From positions 2,480,001-2,544,000 of the forward strand of contig CATNEN010000012.1 in the NCBI GenBank assembly GCA_950097015.1: 64,000 nucleotides of DNA. Reading direction: 5' to 3'. A program made the translations under genes and the position numbers. Under the pieces are notes generated by a model, which saw only the letters and a program-made list of their open reading frames with translations, had not been told where the DNA came from and searched no databases. Position 1 is the stretch's first letter, and each line of letters begins with the position of its first letter. Shown one piece after another: positions 63,981 through 64,000 of this stretch. This stretch comes from Macrostomum hystrix (Eukaryota; Animalia; Platyhelminthes).

Positions 63981-64000
63981 GCTGCAAGTGGATATACGAG

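Overview
This is eukaryotic (animal) genomic DNA: GC-rich spliced exons, AT-rich introns and intergenic DNA, and about 20 unrelated minisatellite arrays. The style suggests the flatworm Macrostomum, which is inference only. There is no CRISPR array, rRNA or intact tRNA. Five protein-coding genes can be reconstructed by hand. Four are spliced, with phase-consistent GT-AG junctions: a CD2AP/CIN85-like 2xSH3 + coiled-coil adaptor (-), a doublesex/mab-3 (Dmrt) factor with TWO DM domains (+), CFAP57/WDR65 (+) and ANKRD13 (-). The fifth is a single-exon type I membrane protein with two three-finger-like Cys domains and a PDZ-type C-terminus (+). Mobile DNA comprises an intact Ngaro/PAT-type tyrosine-recombinase retrotransposon (38257-42893, split direct repeats A1-B1-A2-B2) inserted into a 26-bp satellite, a 421-bp MITE with 157-bp TIRs and a 9-bp TSD, three copies of a tRNA-derived SINE, and a decayed zinc-finger transposase-like fragment. 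The most interesting signal is the retrotransposon's apparent expression logic. Neither pol nor the recombinase ORF has a usable ATG. A canonical A_AAA_AAC -1 slippery site plus GC stem-loop sits at the gag stop. A perfect GTAAGT donor in gag and a strong acceptor in front of the recombinase would splice the gag SAP domain in frame onto the recombinase. Most long ORFs in the supplied track are artefacts of stop-free tandem repeats.
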